Shown: positions 18,608 through 28,189 of the stretch, one piece after another
Numbering within the stretch: position 1 is the first letter of the stretch
Layout: each line of letters starts with the position of its first letter
IMG/VR virus record: IMGVR_UViG_3300012663_000526
Coordinates: 32,001 to 96,000 of that record
Reading direction: 5' to 3' (one strand)
From: a virus
Length of the DNA stretch: 64,000 nt
Program-made: the position numbers and the translations under genes
The notes under the pieces: generated by a model
Database searches by the model: none
What the model saw: only the letters and a program-made list of their open reading frames with translations
Told to the model about the DNA's origin: nothing

Positions 18608-19045
18608 ATGCCAATAACACAAACACCGTCATCTATAGTTCCAGCTTTATGGACATACACATATGTTCAGGCACCTATTGATGGTCAAGGAAACCCATAT
18701 TTTAATATTCCTTCACAGTTTACAGACCTTGGAACAAAGACATCTGGAACACTGACACTTGACCTAAAGACATCAAACGTGTTTAGAGTTGTTGCAGGCG
18801 GAGCATTTACAGTAGCATTTTCAAACATTGCTACAACGGCCAACACAGCACAATTTTGGCAACTAGAAATTAAGTCTGGTGGTAGCTACGTTCAGACATG
18901 GCCAGCATCAGTAATCTGGGACGGTGGTGGAGCTTCAAACATTTCACCAGTTCTTTCTCTTGATACAACAGTATTAAATTTTTACACAAGAAATAACGGT
19001 ACAACCGTTTACGGATCATACGCATATTCTGATTTGAAGATATAA
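18608..19045 (+). CDS. Fibre-associated structural protein (GT.TLDL...NVF...WP..V.W module)
   Basis: ATG 18608 directly after the upstream stop; motif typical of phage fibre connector domains. Confidence 0.65.
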   Translation: MPITQTPSSIVPALWTYTYVQAPIDGQGNPYFNIPSQFTDLGTKTSGTLTLDLKTSNVFRVVAGGAFTVAFSNIATTANTAQFWQLEIKSGGSYVQTWPASVIWDGGGASNISPVLSLDTTVLNFYTRNNGTTVYGSYAYSDLKI

Positions 19046-19057
19046 GAGGAGCAATAA

Positions 19058-20581
19058 ATGGCAATTTCAACTAGCAGTACATCAATAGACCTTCCTGGAA
19101 TTGGAGCAACTATGGTGTCTAATTTAGACGCCGCTCTAAATGCTAGCCCAGTAATGCTAAATATTCTTTTAAACTCAAATATCTCTTCAGGTCTTAATAC
19201 ACTTACAACAACAGTAAATACCCTTAGAACTGCAGTAACAGATCTTCCAAATAAGTATCCACTACCAACTTTTGCAACATACGCAAACTATAACAATACT
19301 CCAGGATGGACTATCTATGATAGCGAAATGCAACCAATTGGTGGAGCAAACGGATCAACAGACTTTGAAATTCAAGCTTCATATACTGGACAGAACTACA
19401 CTACAAATAACTGGTCTTCAAACGGAGTAACAAATAGCTGGTCTGGAGCAACTCCAATGCACCAACAAGACGGCGACTGGTACTGTAACATTCCAGGAAG
19501 AGGTTTTGGCCCAGAAGGAATTTTTGCACGTAACCGTGGAACCATGAACTCCCACATGCCATACTTTGGATCAGTAATTGGAGATCGTGGTCTTCGTCAA
19601 CAAATCTCAATTAGAAATGACGGCGCTGGCTTACAAATTATGCCAAGAGGCGCATCAAACTATCTTGAAAACTTAAACTTAAACACAGCAACATATGCGA
19701 CATGGGCTGGAGGAACAACATACGGAATGGTTTCTTATAACCAGAGACAACGCAAACTCGTACTTATTGAAGCTAGAGATGCTGCAAACAACTACAGAAT
19801 GCATATCTGGAGAAATACTAACGTTGGAAGAGACTTAAACTCTGAGACACACGATGTAGGAACTCTACATCTATTCTTATCAGAAGCAAAAACAGCTGGA
19901 ACTCCAGCCGCTACAACAACTGGAGTTTACTACTACTATAACGATTTTCAATGGCAGGAAAATAGCTCACAGAGCTACACAGAGTCACGCTACAGAATGC
20001 GTATAACTGCTGGTGATAATGAATTTATTGGTTTATCAAGATTCGTTCCATCAAACATAACCCACTATGCAACATTCCTTCCTAATATTGCAGGAACATC
20101 TGGAACATTAACAACCAGAGGCGGTATTGGAAATACAACGTCTTATGGTTGGGATCAAGGAGTAGAGTACGGAATTAGAAGCAATATAACCTGGGATAAT
20201 TACTGGTTGGCTTCATACTCACCTTATTACTACTATGGCGCAGGAATGTGTGTAGTATTTAGTGACACCAGAGACCCACGCAACTACTACTTTGGAAGAT
20301 ACACTCAAACAGGAAATGGCTGCCAACTAGTTCCATTTAACGAAGATAAGTTCTTATTTAATGACTCAACAGAAAACTCTGACGGTAACGTTGGAATGAG
20401 ACTATCAGTCGTAGACTTGGGCGGAATCTTTGAGTTTGGTAGAGATGCAACCACATCTGGAATTACAAATGGTGCAACTATTAACTTAAGACCAACAACC
20501 ATGCTGTATACATTTGATACCAGATATACATCAACTAACTATCCAGGACTTATGCAGCCAACATCTTGGACGAATGGATAA
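19058..20581 (+). CDS. Putative receptor-binding protein, paralog of 16789-18291
   Basis: GAGGAG SD; extensive similarity to 16789-18291. Confidence 0.65.
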   Translation: MAISTSSTSIDLPGIGATMVSNLDAALNASPVMLNILLNSNISSGLNTLTTTVNTLRTAVTDLPNKYPLPTFATYANYNNTPGWTIYDSEMQPIGGANGSTDFEIQASYTGQNYTTNNWSSNGVTNSWSGATPMHQQDGDWYCNIPGRGFGPEGIFARNRGTMNSHMPYFGSVIGDRGLRQQISIRNDGAGLQIMPRGASNYLENLNLNTATYATWAGGTTYGMVSYNQRQRKLVLIEARDAANNYRMHIWRNTNVGRDLNSETHDVGTLHLFLSEAKTAGTPAATTTGVYYYYNDFQWQENSSQSYTESRYRMRITAGDNEFIGLSRFVPSNITHYATFLPNIAGTSGTLTTRGGIGNTTSYGWDQGVEYGIRSNITWDNYWLASYSPYYYYGAGMCVVFSDTRDPRNYYFGRYTQTGNGCQLVPFNEDKFLFNDSTENSDGNVGMRLSVVDLGGIFEFGRDATTSGITNGATINLRPTTMLYTFDTRYTSTNYPGLMQPTSWTNG

Positions 20582-20584
20582 TAA

Positions 20585-20881
20585 ATGTATTATGCAATTA
20601 TTAAAGCCAATAAGATAGAGAAGTTTGGTACTCTAAAAGACTTATTCCCAACTTCTGGATTTCCACCAACTGGACCAGACGAAGCCTTTATGACAGATAA
20701 TGATATGCACAAGGTGCTTGAAGTTATTGATCATAAATCTACCACTCACAAGCTAGTTTACTGTGACCCATATATACTAGAAGATAAAGTTTACTGCGTA
20801 GTTGCAGAAAAGTTTACTAAGGCGGAGGCCTCAGAAAATAAAGATGCACTAGCTGCATTTGAAGCATTACAGGGGGAGTAA
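20585..20881 (+). CDS. Small protein (putative fibre chaperone)
   Basis: LFP.SGFP..GPD..F motif; follows the RBP-like gene. Confidence 0.6.
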   Translation: MYYAIIKANKIEKFGTLKDLFPTSGFPPTGPDEAFMTDNDMHKVLEVIDHKSTTHKLVYCDPYILEDKVYCVVAEKFTKAEASENKDALAAFEALQGE

Positions 20882-20884
20882 TAT

Positions 20885-21604
20885 ATGCTAAGCAATCAAA
20901 GATCTATTTATAAGAGAGCTAGATATAGTCAATTTGGACTTAGTATGTGGATTGATGCAACTGCTATTGATAATATTCAAAGAGATGCAAACCAAAAAGT
21001 TTCAGTATTTGAAGATAGAAGCCAATATATAAGACACCTAAGTCAGCCAACTTTGGCAAATAGACCAACATTTATTCCATCTGGAATCAACTCTCTTCCA
21101 TGCGTTAGATTTAATGGAATAGATCAATTTATGCTTTTTTCTGATCAAACACTATCATGGCTTACCGCTTCATCATTTACAGTTTTTTACGTAGCAACAA
21201 AAACATCACAAACCTCTAACTCATTTGTCCTTGGAGGACAATCTGCTGGTACAAGAGCAAACTTAGCTTCTGGATATTTGGCAGCAAATACACACAGAAT
21301 AGTTTTCGGAAATGATGATGCAAGCACAATTGTTCCACTAAAGACACCAGGACAGCCAGAGCTTTACACGATATCTTTTAATGCCCAGACATTGGCAAGA
21401 GTTGTTAGAAGAAATGGAAGCGTAGTTGGAATTGGATCATCAGCAGGCTCACTAGCTGGAATGACAGGACAATCAGTAGGAAGATACCTAACGTCATACG
21501 GACAGTTTGATCTTGGAGAATTAATTATTTACAATAGAACACTTAGTGATTATGAGACAGGCCAAGTAGAGCGTGACTTAATCTCAAAGTGGACAATTAG
21601 CTAG
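20885..21604 (+). CDS. LamG/ConA-like domain protein
   Basis: L.MWIDA...V..F.DRS...QPT..NRP.....IN.LP.V.FNG...GELIIYNR.LS..E...VE..L..KW. Confidence 0.8.
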   Translation: MLSNQRSIYKRARYSQFGLSMWIDATAIDNIQRDANQKVSVFEDRSQYIRHLSQPTLANRPTFIPSGINSLPCVRFNGIDQFMLFSDQTLSWLTASSFTVFYVATKTSQTSNSFVLGGQSAGTRANLASGYLAANTHRIVFGNDDASTIVPLKTPGQPELYTISFNAQTLARVVRRNGSVVGIGSSAGSLAGMTGQSVGRYLTSYGQFDLGELIIYNRTLSDYETGQVERDLISKWTIS

Positions 21605-21614
21605 GAAAGTAAAG

Positions 21615-21950
21615 ATGGCATATATACCAACAAGATTTGCTGGTCCAGTAGCATTAACTACAGTTCCTATGTTGCTATCAACATTTTCAACATCAGGAAT
21701 AGTAAAAGAATTTAATATGACAAACACAAGCAGCGGAGTCCTTTATTTTTCTCTTGCTGTTGTTCCAAGCGGAACAGAGTACGGACTAGATTCTCAAAAG
21801 ATATACACTCTTGTTCCAATTGATGGCAATGAGACAATAACTCTTTCACACTCCCTAGTTGTAAATTCAGGAGATAAAATCTACGGTTTTGGCAGCATAC
21901 CTAATCTGATTAATGCAACAATCAGCGGTGTGTCAATTACTGCCAACTAA
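21615..21950 (+). CDS. Small beta-sandwich structural protein, paralog of 16446-16763
   Basis: See 16446-16763. Confidence 0.65.
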   Translation: MAYIPTRFAGPVALTTVPMLLSTFSTSGIVKEFNMTNTSSGVLYFSLAVVPSGTEYGLDSQKIYTLVPIDGNETITLSHSLVVNSGDKIYGFGSIPNLINATISGVSITAN

Positions 21951-21977
21951 TCAAGATAAACTATGTAGGGGAGAATA

Positions 21978-23621
21978 ATGAAAATAGCACAGGTACTGTT
22001 TGATCAGTCCCAGCAATCATTTTCTGATATCTCTGGAAAAAATTTAGTAGTAGTAAAAACTGGAACATTTAAATCTACACCACCACTTACCTCAAGAACA
22101 AAGAATTCAGTTTTACTCGAACCAACTAATTCTTTAACAATACAAAGCGTTCCAGTAGCTAAAAGGACTCACGAAGAAGAAGATTTCTCTATATCATTTT
22201 ACTTGAAGGTTGGGGACACCTTTGACACCAAAGAAGACATTTTTTATGACTCTTCAAATGGCATAGGAATAAGCATGCTAAAGTCTAATATTATTTTTAC
22301 AATAACAGACTCATCTAATAGCCAAAACTCCGTTTCTTATAAAATTCAGGAAATAGGCAATGCTTATCATATAGCTGCAGTGTACTCTAAAAGAGGCATG
22401 TATCTGTTTGTTGATGGGGTTGCTAGAGCAAGCCTAATGCTAGGTGCAGAGTTTAGCTTTAAGGCAACATCAAATATAAATTTCCTTATAGCAACATCTA
22501 CACATTTCAATTTAATAGATAAAGTAGAGATATTTAATGAGGCAGTTTCTGATAATTATATAAGTTCAGAAATTAATCTAGATTCAGTCTACCAGAACCC
22601 AGGCCAAATAATGAGCCTTGACGATGCATCATATTTTAGTTTTTCTAAAAACTTAAAGCCAATTAAAACTGGATTTTCTTACGGATCCAATAAATCACTA
22701 TCTAGTGCAGCAATGTTCAACGTAGAAGAAATATTTGACAACTATGTAGTTCTGTCTGATGGTGAAGATTCTGGATACTTTACAGATTCAGTTTTCCTAA
22801 CATCAGTTGATAACAATCAGATAGACTGGTATGGTGATTCTGGTGGAATTTCAGTGTCTTACAATACTGATGGCAGTAATACCTATGTTCCCATTGCTAA
22901 CCACTCTAACATTTCAGGTTTTACTGGAGGCATGCTTTATTATAAAGTTTCTTTAACAAGAGATTACTCAGGAGCATCAAGCCCAGCATTTACTGGAATG
23001 GAATTTATATCTTATGACTCTAAAGAGTTTAGATCAGATAACACACTATACTCTTTGGACACTGACTTTAATTATCACGTAGGGAAGTACTCTAACTCTA
23101 TCATAACCCAATCAAAAGAAAACGGAATTAAAACATTATCTGGTGGCATTAAGTCTGCTGGAATAACAGCTAGATCTGTGGAGTTTATGTTCAACCCCTA
23201 TGCGCTTGGACAGACATGTCTATTAGATTTGGGCGGAGCAAGATACTCATGGTCAGGAGCTGGTAGCATAACAAAGACTGGGATATCTTCTATATACGTA
23301 AATGGAGTTAACTTATATAGCCAGACATCCATATCAAATGTATTTAATTCTGGTATATGGCATCACGTTGTCATAACTCTTTCTGAAGATCAAACAGATA
23401 CCCTATATCTAAATCAGTCAAAGACAGGAACACTTATTGGTCCAGACAACAGCTTTGCCCATTTAGGGATATATGATTATGATATGTCTGCAAAGGCTAT
23501 TTCACATTATAGATACCTTACATCCAGAGTTTCAGAGGCAACATTGTCAGATTCCATATCTATAGGCTCAGATTCATATTCTGGCTACAATGTGGACAAA
23601 GTAGTTCTTTCAACACAGTAA
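21978..23621 (+). CDS. Structural protein with two LamG-like domains
   Basis: FSISFYLK...HIAAVYS..MYLFVDG and SVEFMF...IYVNG...WHHVVIT motifs. Confidence 0.7.
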   Translation: MKIAQVLFDQSQQSFSDISGKNLVVVKTGTFKSTPPLTSRTKNSVLLEPTNSLTIQSVPVAKRTHEEEDFSISFYLKVGDTFDTKEDIFYDSSNGIGISMLKSNIIFTITDSSNSQNSVSYKIQEIGNAYHIAAVYSKRGMYLFVDGVARASLMLGAEFSFKATSNINFLIATSTHFNLIDKVEIFNEAVSDNYISSEINLDSVYQNPGQIMSLDDASYFSFSKNLKPIKTGFSYGSNKSLSSAAMFNVEEIFDNYVVLSDGEDSGYFTDSVFLTSVDNNQIDWYGDSGGISVSYNTDGSNTYVPIANHSNISGFTGGMLYYKVSLTRDYSGASSPAFTGMEFISYDSKEFRSDNTLYSLDTDFNYHVGKYSNSIITQSKENGIKTLSGGIKSAGITARSVEFMFNPYALGQTCLLDLGGARYSWSGAGSITKTGISSIYVNGVNLYSQTSISNVFNSGIWHHVVITLSEDQTDTLYLNQSKTGTLIGPDNSFAHLGIYDYDMSAKAISHYRYLTSRVSEATLSDSISIGSDSYSGYNVDKVVLSTQ

Positions 23622-23644
23622 TCTAGCCATAGCCAATACAGTTA

Positions 23645-23673
23645 TGGACTTATACAACAGAAAATGGTAGAAT
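23645..23673 (+). promoter_or_regulatory. sigmaA-type promoter, leaderless
   Basis: TGGACT-17 nt-TAGAAT with TG extension; ATG 6 nt downstream at 23680. Confidence 0.6.
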
Positions 23674-23679
23674 AGAGAT

Positions 23680-24024
23680 ATGCTAAATAAATTAGGTAAA
23701 GCCAAGGTAATTGCAGACAAGACAAAGTACGGGGTCTATGTTTGGGAAATGCCAGATGGTAAATGGGTTGGAGATGACGAAGGTCACTACATGCTTATCC
23801 CAGCAGTATTTGGGGATGCGGAAAAGATTAAGATTTTAACAGAAGCAGCAGAAGGATATGGAGTTACTGAGGGTGGGCCAAAGTTTCTTCCAGGTCGTAG
23901 AAAAGTTTCTGATGAAGAGTATGCTGCACAAGAAGCAAGACTGCATGCTGGTTTGACACCAGATCCTTGGGATCTTGGAGAAGGTTTAGATGCCGCAAAG
24001 AGGATGGTACAAAATGGCCGCTGA
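23680..24024 (+). CDS. Hypothetical protein immediately upstream of portal
   Basis: YGVYVWEMPDGKWVGD...R.VSDEEY..Q..R...GL.PDP; own promoter. Confidence 0.7.
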   Translation: MLNKLGKAKVIADKTKYGVYVWEMPDGKWVGDDEGHYMLIPAVFGDAEKIKILTEAAEGYGVTEGGPKFLPGRRKVSDEEYAAQEARLHAGLTPDPWDLGEGLDAAKRMVQNGR

Positions 24025-25582
24025 GTTTGTTGAAGATACAGAGACAATTGAGATAAGTGGATCTGGCGACATGTTCGCTGGAGTTCGTGGAAATGAATAC
24101 GGTGACCCGTTTAGTCGTGGTCTAGATGACGTAAAGAAGATGAGTGGGTTTAGTACCAACTTTAAAAAGAAGGTTGCTAGAACTGATTTTACAAAGTTCT
24201 TGCGTGGAGATGGCTCACAGAGTACAGCAATCGTAGAGCCATTTATGATTACAGGATACAGCATCTTGGATGTTGTTATGCCACCTTACAACCTGGACTA
24301 TCTTGCAAAGATATATGAAATTTCCTCACCACACTATGCTGCTGTCAACGCAAAGATTGCAAACATTGTTGGACTTGGCTACGACTTTATTGAGAGTGAA
24401 GCAACAAAAGAAAGACTTGCCGACATAGGCGGAGAGAAAGAACTTGAGAGAGCACGTAGAAAGCTTGAAAGATTAAAGCTTCAGATGCATACATGGTTAG
24501 AGAATACTAACGAAGAAGAAACATTTACTGAGACTCTAGCTAGAGTATGGAAAGACTACGAGACAACTGGAAACGGTTATCTTGAAGTTGGTAGAAAAAA
24601 TACTGGAGAGATTGGCTATATTGGTCATGTCCCTTCAGCATCAATGCGTGTCCGTAGATTAAGAGATGGTTTTGTTCAGATCATTGGAAACCAGACTGTA
24701 TTCTTTAGAAACTATGGAGATACAGATACTCCAAACCCAATTACATCAGATGTCGTTCCCAATGAAATTATCCATTTTAAGAACTACACACCAACAAACG
24801 GTTTCTATGGAGTTCCAGATATTATTTCTTCAAAGAACGCTATGGCAGGAAACGAATTTGCTGCTAGATTTAATCTAGATTACTTTGAGAACAAAGCGGT
24901 CCCTAGATACATTATTACAGTCAAGGGTGCAAAGTTGTCCAACGATGCCGAAAGAAAGCTCCTAGAGTTCTTCCAGACAGGTTTAAAGGGCAAGAATCAC
25001 CGCTCCTTATACATCCCACTTCCTTCAGATAACTCTGACTCAAAGGTAGAGTTTAAGATGGAGGCGGTTGAGGCAGGAGTCCAAGACTCATCATTCGATA
25101 AATATAAGAGTGCCAATAGAGATGAAATCCTAATGTCTCACAGAGTGCCAATCAGCAAGATCGGAACACCTCAAGGAGTCTCCCTTGCAAATGCAAAAGA
25201 TGCAGATAAAACATTTAAAGAGCAGGTATGTAGACCATCTCAAAGAACTCTTGAAAAGAGACTTGGTAAGATTATTGGTGAAAAGACAGACATGTTCTTG
25301 ATCAAATTCAACGAATTAACATTGACAGATGAAGATACACAATCAAAGATTGATGAAAGATATCTAAGAATGAAGGTCATTGTTCCTAATGAAATTCGTG
25401 CTAGAATGGGACTACAAGGTTTATCGGGTGGAGATGTACCTGTTGAATTGAACGCAAAAGCAGCCGCTGAGGTAACTACTCAAGCCACAGGCAATAGACA
25501 GCGAGATCAAGAAAGACAGGCGAATCAGGCAGACAACGGTGGAAGCAGAAATGCTCAAGGCGAAGGCCGTCAAACCCAATAG
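24014..25582 (+). CDS. Portal protein
   Basis: GNGYLEV.R, NEIIHFK, YGVPD, YF.N.AVP, EI...HRVP, PNE.R. Start ATG 24014 preferred. Confidence 0.9.
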   Translation: MAAEFVEDTETIEISGSGDMFAGVRGNEYGDPFSRGLDDVKKMSGFSTNFKKKVARTDFTKFLRGDGSQSTAIVEPFMITGYSILDVVMPPYNLDYLAKIYEISSPHYAAVNAKIANIVGLGYDFIESEATKERLADIGGEKELERARRKLERLKLQMHTWLENTNEEETFTETLARVWKDYETTGNGYLEVGRKNTGEIGYIGHVPSASMRVRRLRDGFVQIIGNQTVFFRNYGDTDTPNPITSDVVPNEIIHFKNYTPTNGFYGVPDIISSKNAMAGNEFAARFNLDYFENKAVPRYIITVKGAKLSNDAERKLLEFFQTGLKGKNHRSLYIPLPSDNSDSKVEFKMEAVEAGVQDSSFDKYKSANRDEILMSHRVPISKIGTPQGVSLANAKDADKTFKEQVCRPSQRTLEKRLGKIIGEKTDMFLIKFNELTLTDEDTQSKIDERYLRMKVIVPNEIRARMGLQGLSGGDVPVELNAKAAAEVTTQATGNRQRDQERQANQADNGGSRNAQGEGRQTQ

Positions 25583-25590
25583 ACTAGTAT

Positions 25591-25622
25591 TTGCGTTTTA
25601 ATCTACTAAGAGATATTATAAT
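25591..25622 (+). promoter_or_regulatory. sigmaA-type promoter, leaderless
   Basis: TTGCGT-17-TATTAT, plus overlapping TATAAT at 25617-25622, 6 nt before ATG 25629. Confidence 0.6.
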
Positions 25623-25628
25623 AACACC

Positions 25629-26972
25629 ATGGAAATAACTAAGTCTAATTGGACCACAAGCGGGAACAACATTAAGTTGAGCATTCCGTTTTCAAAGGTC
25701 GATCAAAACAAGCGAACAGTGTCTGGGTATGCAACACTAGACAATGTAGATTCACACGGAGATATTGTTTCTTCTGAAGCCTCACTAGGAGCCTTTATGA
25801 GATTCCGTGGGAATGTTAGAGAGATGCACCAACCTATGGCGGTAGGAAAGGTTGTAGCATTTGAACCTAAGAGTTATTACGATCCAAAAGAAGGTAAAGT
25901 TTATAACGGTGTTTATGTAACATCGTATGTTTCAAAGGGTGCACAAGATACTTGGGAAAAAGTTCTTGATGGCACTCTTTCTGGTTTCTCAATTGGCGGA
26001 TCAATTAAGAAGTCAGATAACGAATTTATTGAAGGTCAGGAAGAGCCAGTAAGAATAATTAAAGATTATGATCTGGTAGAGTTGTCCCTTGTAGATAATC
26101 CAGCTAATCAGTTAGCAAATATTTTTTCTATTGAAAAAGTTAATGGAGCAATGGTTATGAAGGGAATTGCAACAGGAGTTACACCAGAGAATATCTTTTG
26201 GTGTGGACAAGATTCTATTGCAATAACATCAGAAAATGATACAGCAACCTGCGATAACTGTTCATGCAATATGGAACAAATCGGATGGGTTGAATCAACT
26301 GATGTTTCTAAGTCAGAATCAATTAAGCAAATTGTTGATTCATATATTAAAAAGAATTCTGAGATTGAAAACATCGCAGAAGAACGTCGTGAAGCTAACG
26401 ACGGCGTTGATTTAAATAAAAACACAGCCAATGTAGGAGGTACAGAAGTGGCAGAAAATACAGAACTTCAGTCTGAAGTTGTAGACGCACCAGCAGCTGA
26501 AGCAGTTGTTGAAGCACCAGCAGCTGAGGAAGTAGTTGAGGCAGCAGAAGTTGCCGCAGAAGCTCCAAAGGGCGATGAAGAAGTTGTCGAAAAGGCAGCA
26601 GATATTCAAGAGGTCGCCGTAGAAGAGTTAGATTTCGCAAAGAAGCTTGATGAACTCAAGTCGTTCTTCGCTGATAACTTTGCAAAGAATGCATCTGAGA
26701 ATGCAACAGGTCTAGAGTCAGTACGTAACAATGTTGAGGAACTAGTTAAGGGTACAGAGTCAAAGATCGAAGATCTTTCAAAGAAGTACGATGAACTTTC
26801 TGGCATCGTAAAGAGCATGACAGATGCTCTTACAACAACAGAAAAAAGAATTGATTCAGTTGAAACATCAACTGCTATCAAAAAGTCAGCAGACCTTGGC
26901 GGGTCCAATGATGAACCAATTAAGAAAAGCAAGTGGAACGGCACTTTCCTCGGTGTTCGTGAAATTCTCTAA
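25629..26972 (+). CDS. HK97-type prohead protease fused to scaffold
   Basis: V.GYA...D.HGD, REMH, GFSIGG, ELSLVD.PAN; then a Cys linker, an E/A-rich segment and a coiled coil. Confidence 0.9.
   Translation: MEITKSNWTTSGNNIKLSIPFSKVDQNKRTVSGYATLDNVDSHGDIVSSEASLGAFMRFRGNVREMHQPMAVGKVVAFEPKSYYDPKEGKVYNGVYVTSYVSKGAQDTWEKVLDGTLSGFSIGGSIKKSDNEFIEGQEEPVRIIKDYDLVELSLVDNPANQLANIFSIEKVNGAMVMKGIATGVTPENIFWCGQDSIAITSENDTATCDNCSCNMEQIGWVESTDVSKSESIKQIVDSYIKKNSEIENIAEERREANDGVDLNKNTANVGGTEVAENTELQSEVVDAPAAEAVVEAPAAEEVVEAAEVAAEAPKGDEEVVEKAADIQEVAVEELDFAKKLDELKSFFADNFAKNASENATGLESVRNNVEELVKGTESKIEDLSKKYDELSGIVKSMTDALTTTEKRIDSVETSTAIKKSADLGGSNDEPIKKSKWNGTFLGVREIL
26448..26972 (+). CDS. Putative nested scaffolding protein (in-frame internal start)
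   Basis: TAGGAGGT SD then GTG at 26448, in frame with the protease ORF and at the start of the acidic/coiled-coil part. Confidence 0.65.
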   Translation: MAENTELQSEVVDAPAAEAVVEAPAAEEVVEAAEVAAEAPKGDEEVVEKAADIQEVAVEELDFAKKLDELKSFFADNFAKNASENATGLESVRNNVEELVKGTESKIEDLSKKYDELSGIVKSMTDALTTTEKRIDSVETSTAIKKSADLGGSNDEPIKKSKWNGTFLGVREIL

Positions 26973-26995
26973 AGATAAGGCAGGTGAAAAAACAA

Positions 26996-28081
26996 ATGAG
27001 TAATGAACTATTAGAAAAAGCAGTAGTTACAGCGCAGACAGGAGCTAACGCTCTTGGCGTATCAGGCGATGATTCAGCTCGTGGTGGTTTATTAAAGCCA
27101 GATCAAGCTAATCGTTTCATCGACTATATGTTTGATGCAACAGTTGTAACAAAGTTTGCTAGAACCATTCGTATGCGTTCTGACATTCAAGAAATTGACA
27201 AGATCGGTGTAGGCGAAAGAATCCTTAAGGTTGCTACAGAAGCATCTGATACAGGAGCAGCACAATCAGTTGTGTTCGCTAAGATCTCTCTTGCAACAAA
27301 GAAGCTCCGTTTGGATTGGGAGCTTTCAACTGAATCTTTGGAAGACGGCATTGAGGGCCAAGACCTAGAAGACCACATCGCAAGAATGATGGCAACTCAG
27401 GTTGGTAACGACGTTGAGGATCTTATCCTTAACGGAACTGGAACAGGCTCAGATACACTTCTCAAAGCATTCAAGGGTGTTACAAACATCGCAAAGACAG
27501 AAGCACATGTTGTTGACGCAGCAGGTGCAACAATTTCTAAGGCCATCTTTAATGATGCTCTTAAGAAGATGCCACGTCGCTACAAGCAACGTCGCAACCA
27601 ACTTCGTTTCCTTACAGGAAGCAACTTGGTACAGGACTACTTATACAGCCTAACATCACTTCCAGGATCACCAGAAGATATCGCATCTTCTATCGTTCGT
27701 GGAGATGTTGCAGCTAACAATGGTGCTCCAGGAGGAGTAATTCCTTTCGCATACGGTATCCCAGTACTAGAAGTTCCACTTCTAGACGAGAACCAGACTG
27801 GAACATACTCAAGTCCATCAGGTGCACACGGAGACGTACACCTCACATTCCCAGACAACGTAATCGTTGGTGTGAAGCGTGACATTACAGTTCACCGTGA
27901 GTTCAAGCCAAAGAAGGATACAACAGAATATACACTGTTCCTTCGTGTTGGTACAGCAATCGAAAATCCTGACGCATTCGTTGTCGTCAAGAACGTTAAG
28001 GTTGCAGCAGGATACGATACACGTGACTTCGCAGCCCACACAGGCGGAAGCTACACAAATCTTCCAGCATCACGTCCGTAA
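26996..28081 (+). CDS. Major capsid protein (HK97 fold)
   Basis: GGLL.PDQANRFID, KLRLDWELSTESLED, A...GNDVEDL..NG, YGIPV; position after scaffold; biased codon usage. Confidence 0.92.
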   Translation: MSNELLEKAVVTAQTGANALGVSGDDSARGGLLKPDQANRFIDYMFDATVVTKFARTIRMRSDIQEIDKIGVGERILKVATEASDTGAAQSVVFAKISLATKKLRLDWELSTESLEDGIEGQDLEDHIARMMATQVGNDVEDLILNGTGTGSDTLLKAFKGVTNIAKTEAHVVDAAGATISKAIFNDALKKMPRRYKQRRNQLRFLTGSNLVQDYLYSLTSLPGSPEDIASSIVRGDVAANNGAPGGVIPFAYGIPVLEVPLLDENQTGTYSSPSGAHGDVHLTFPDNVIVGVKRDITVHREFKPKKDTTEYTLFLRVGTAIENPDAFVVVKNVKVAAGYDTRDFAAHTGGSYTNLPASRP

Positions 28082-28108
28082 TTATAAATTAGGACAACAA
28101 AGTGTGAG

Positions 28109-28143
28109 AAGGGCCCCTTTCTTTAAGGGGGCCCTTTTCCTTT
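28109..28143 (+). terminator. Intrinsic terminator after major capsid gene
   Basis: aagggcccctt...aagggggccctt stem followed by a T-rich tract. Confidence 0.85.
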
Positions 28144-28156
28144 ATAGTCTGTAAAA

Positions 28157-28165
28157 TGCTATAAT
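28157..28165 (+). promoter_or_regulatory. Extended -10 promoter (TGCTATAAT)
   Basis: Restarts transcription after the terminator; GGAG SD before ATG 28190. Confidence 0.6.
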
Positions 28166-28189
28166 TAAAACAAAGAAATGGAGAAATAA

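Noticed and set aside
16789-20581. Paralogous Asn-rich genes as DGR template/variable repeats
   Set aside because: No reverse transcriptase in the window; both copies are full ORFs and differences are not confined to adenines.
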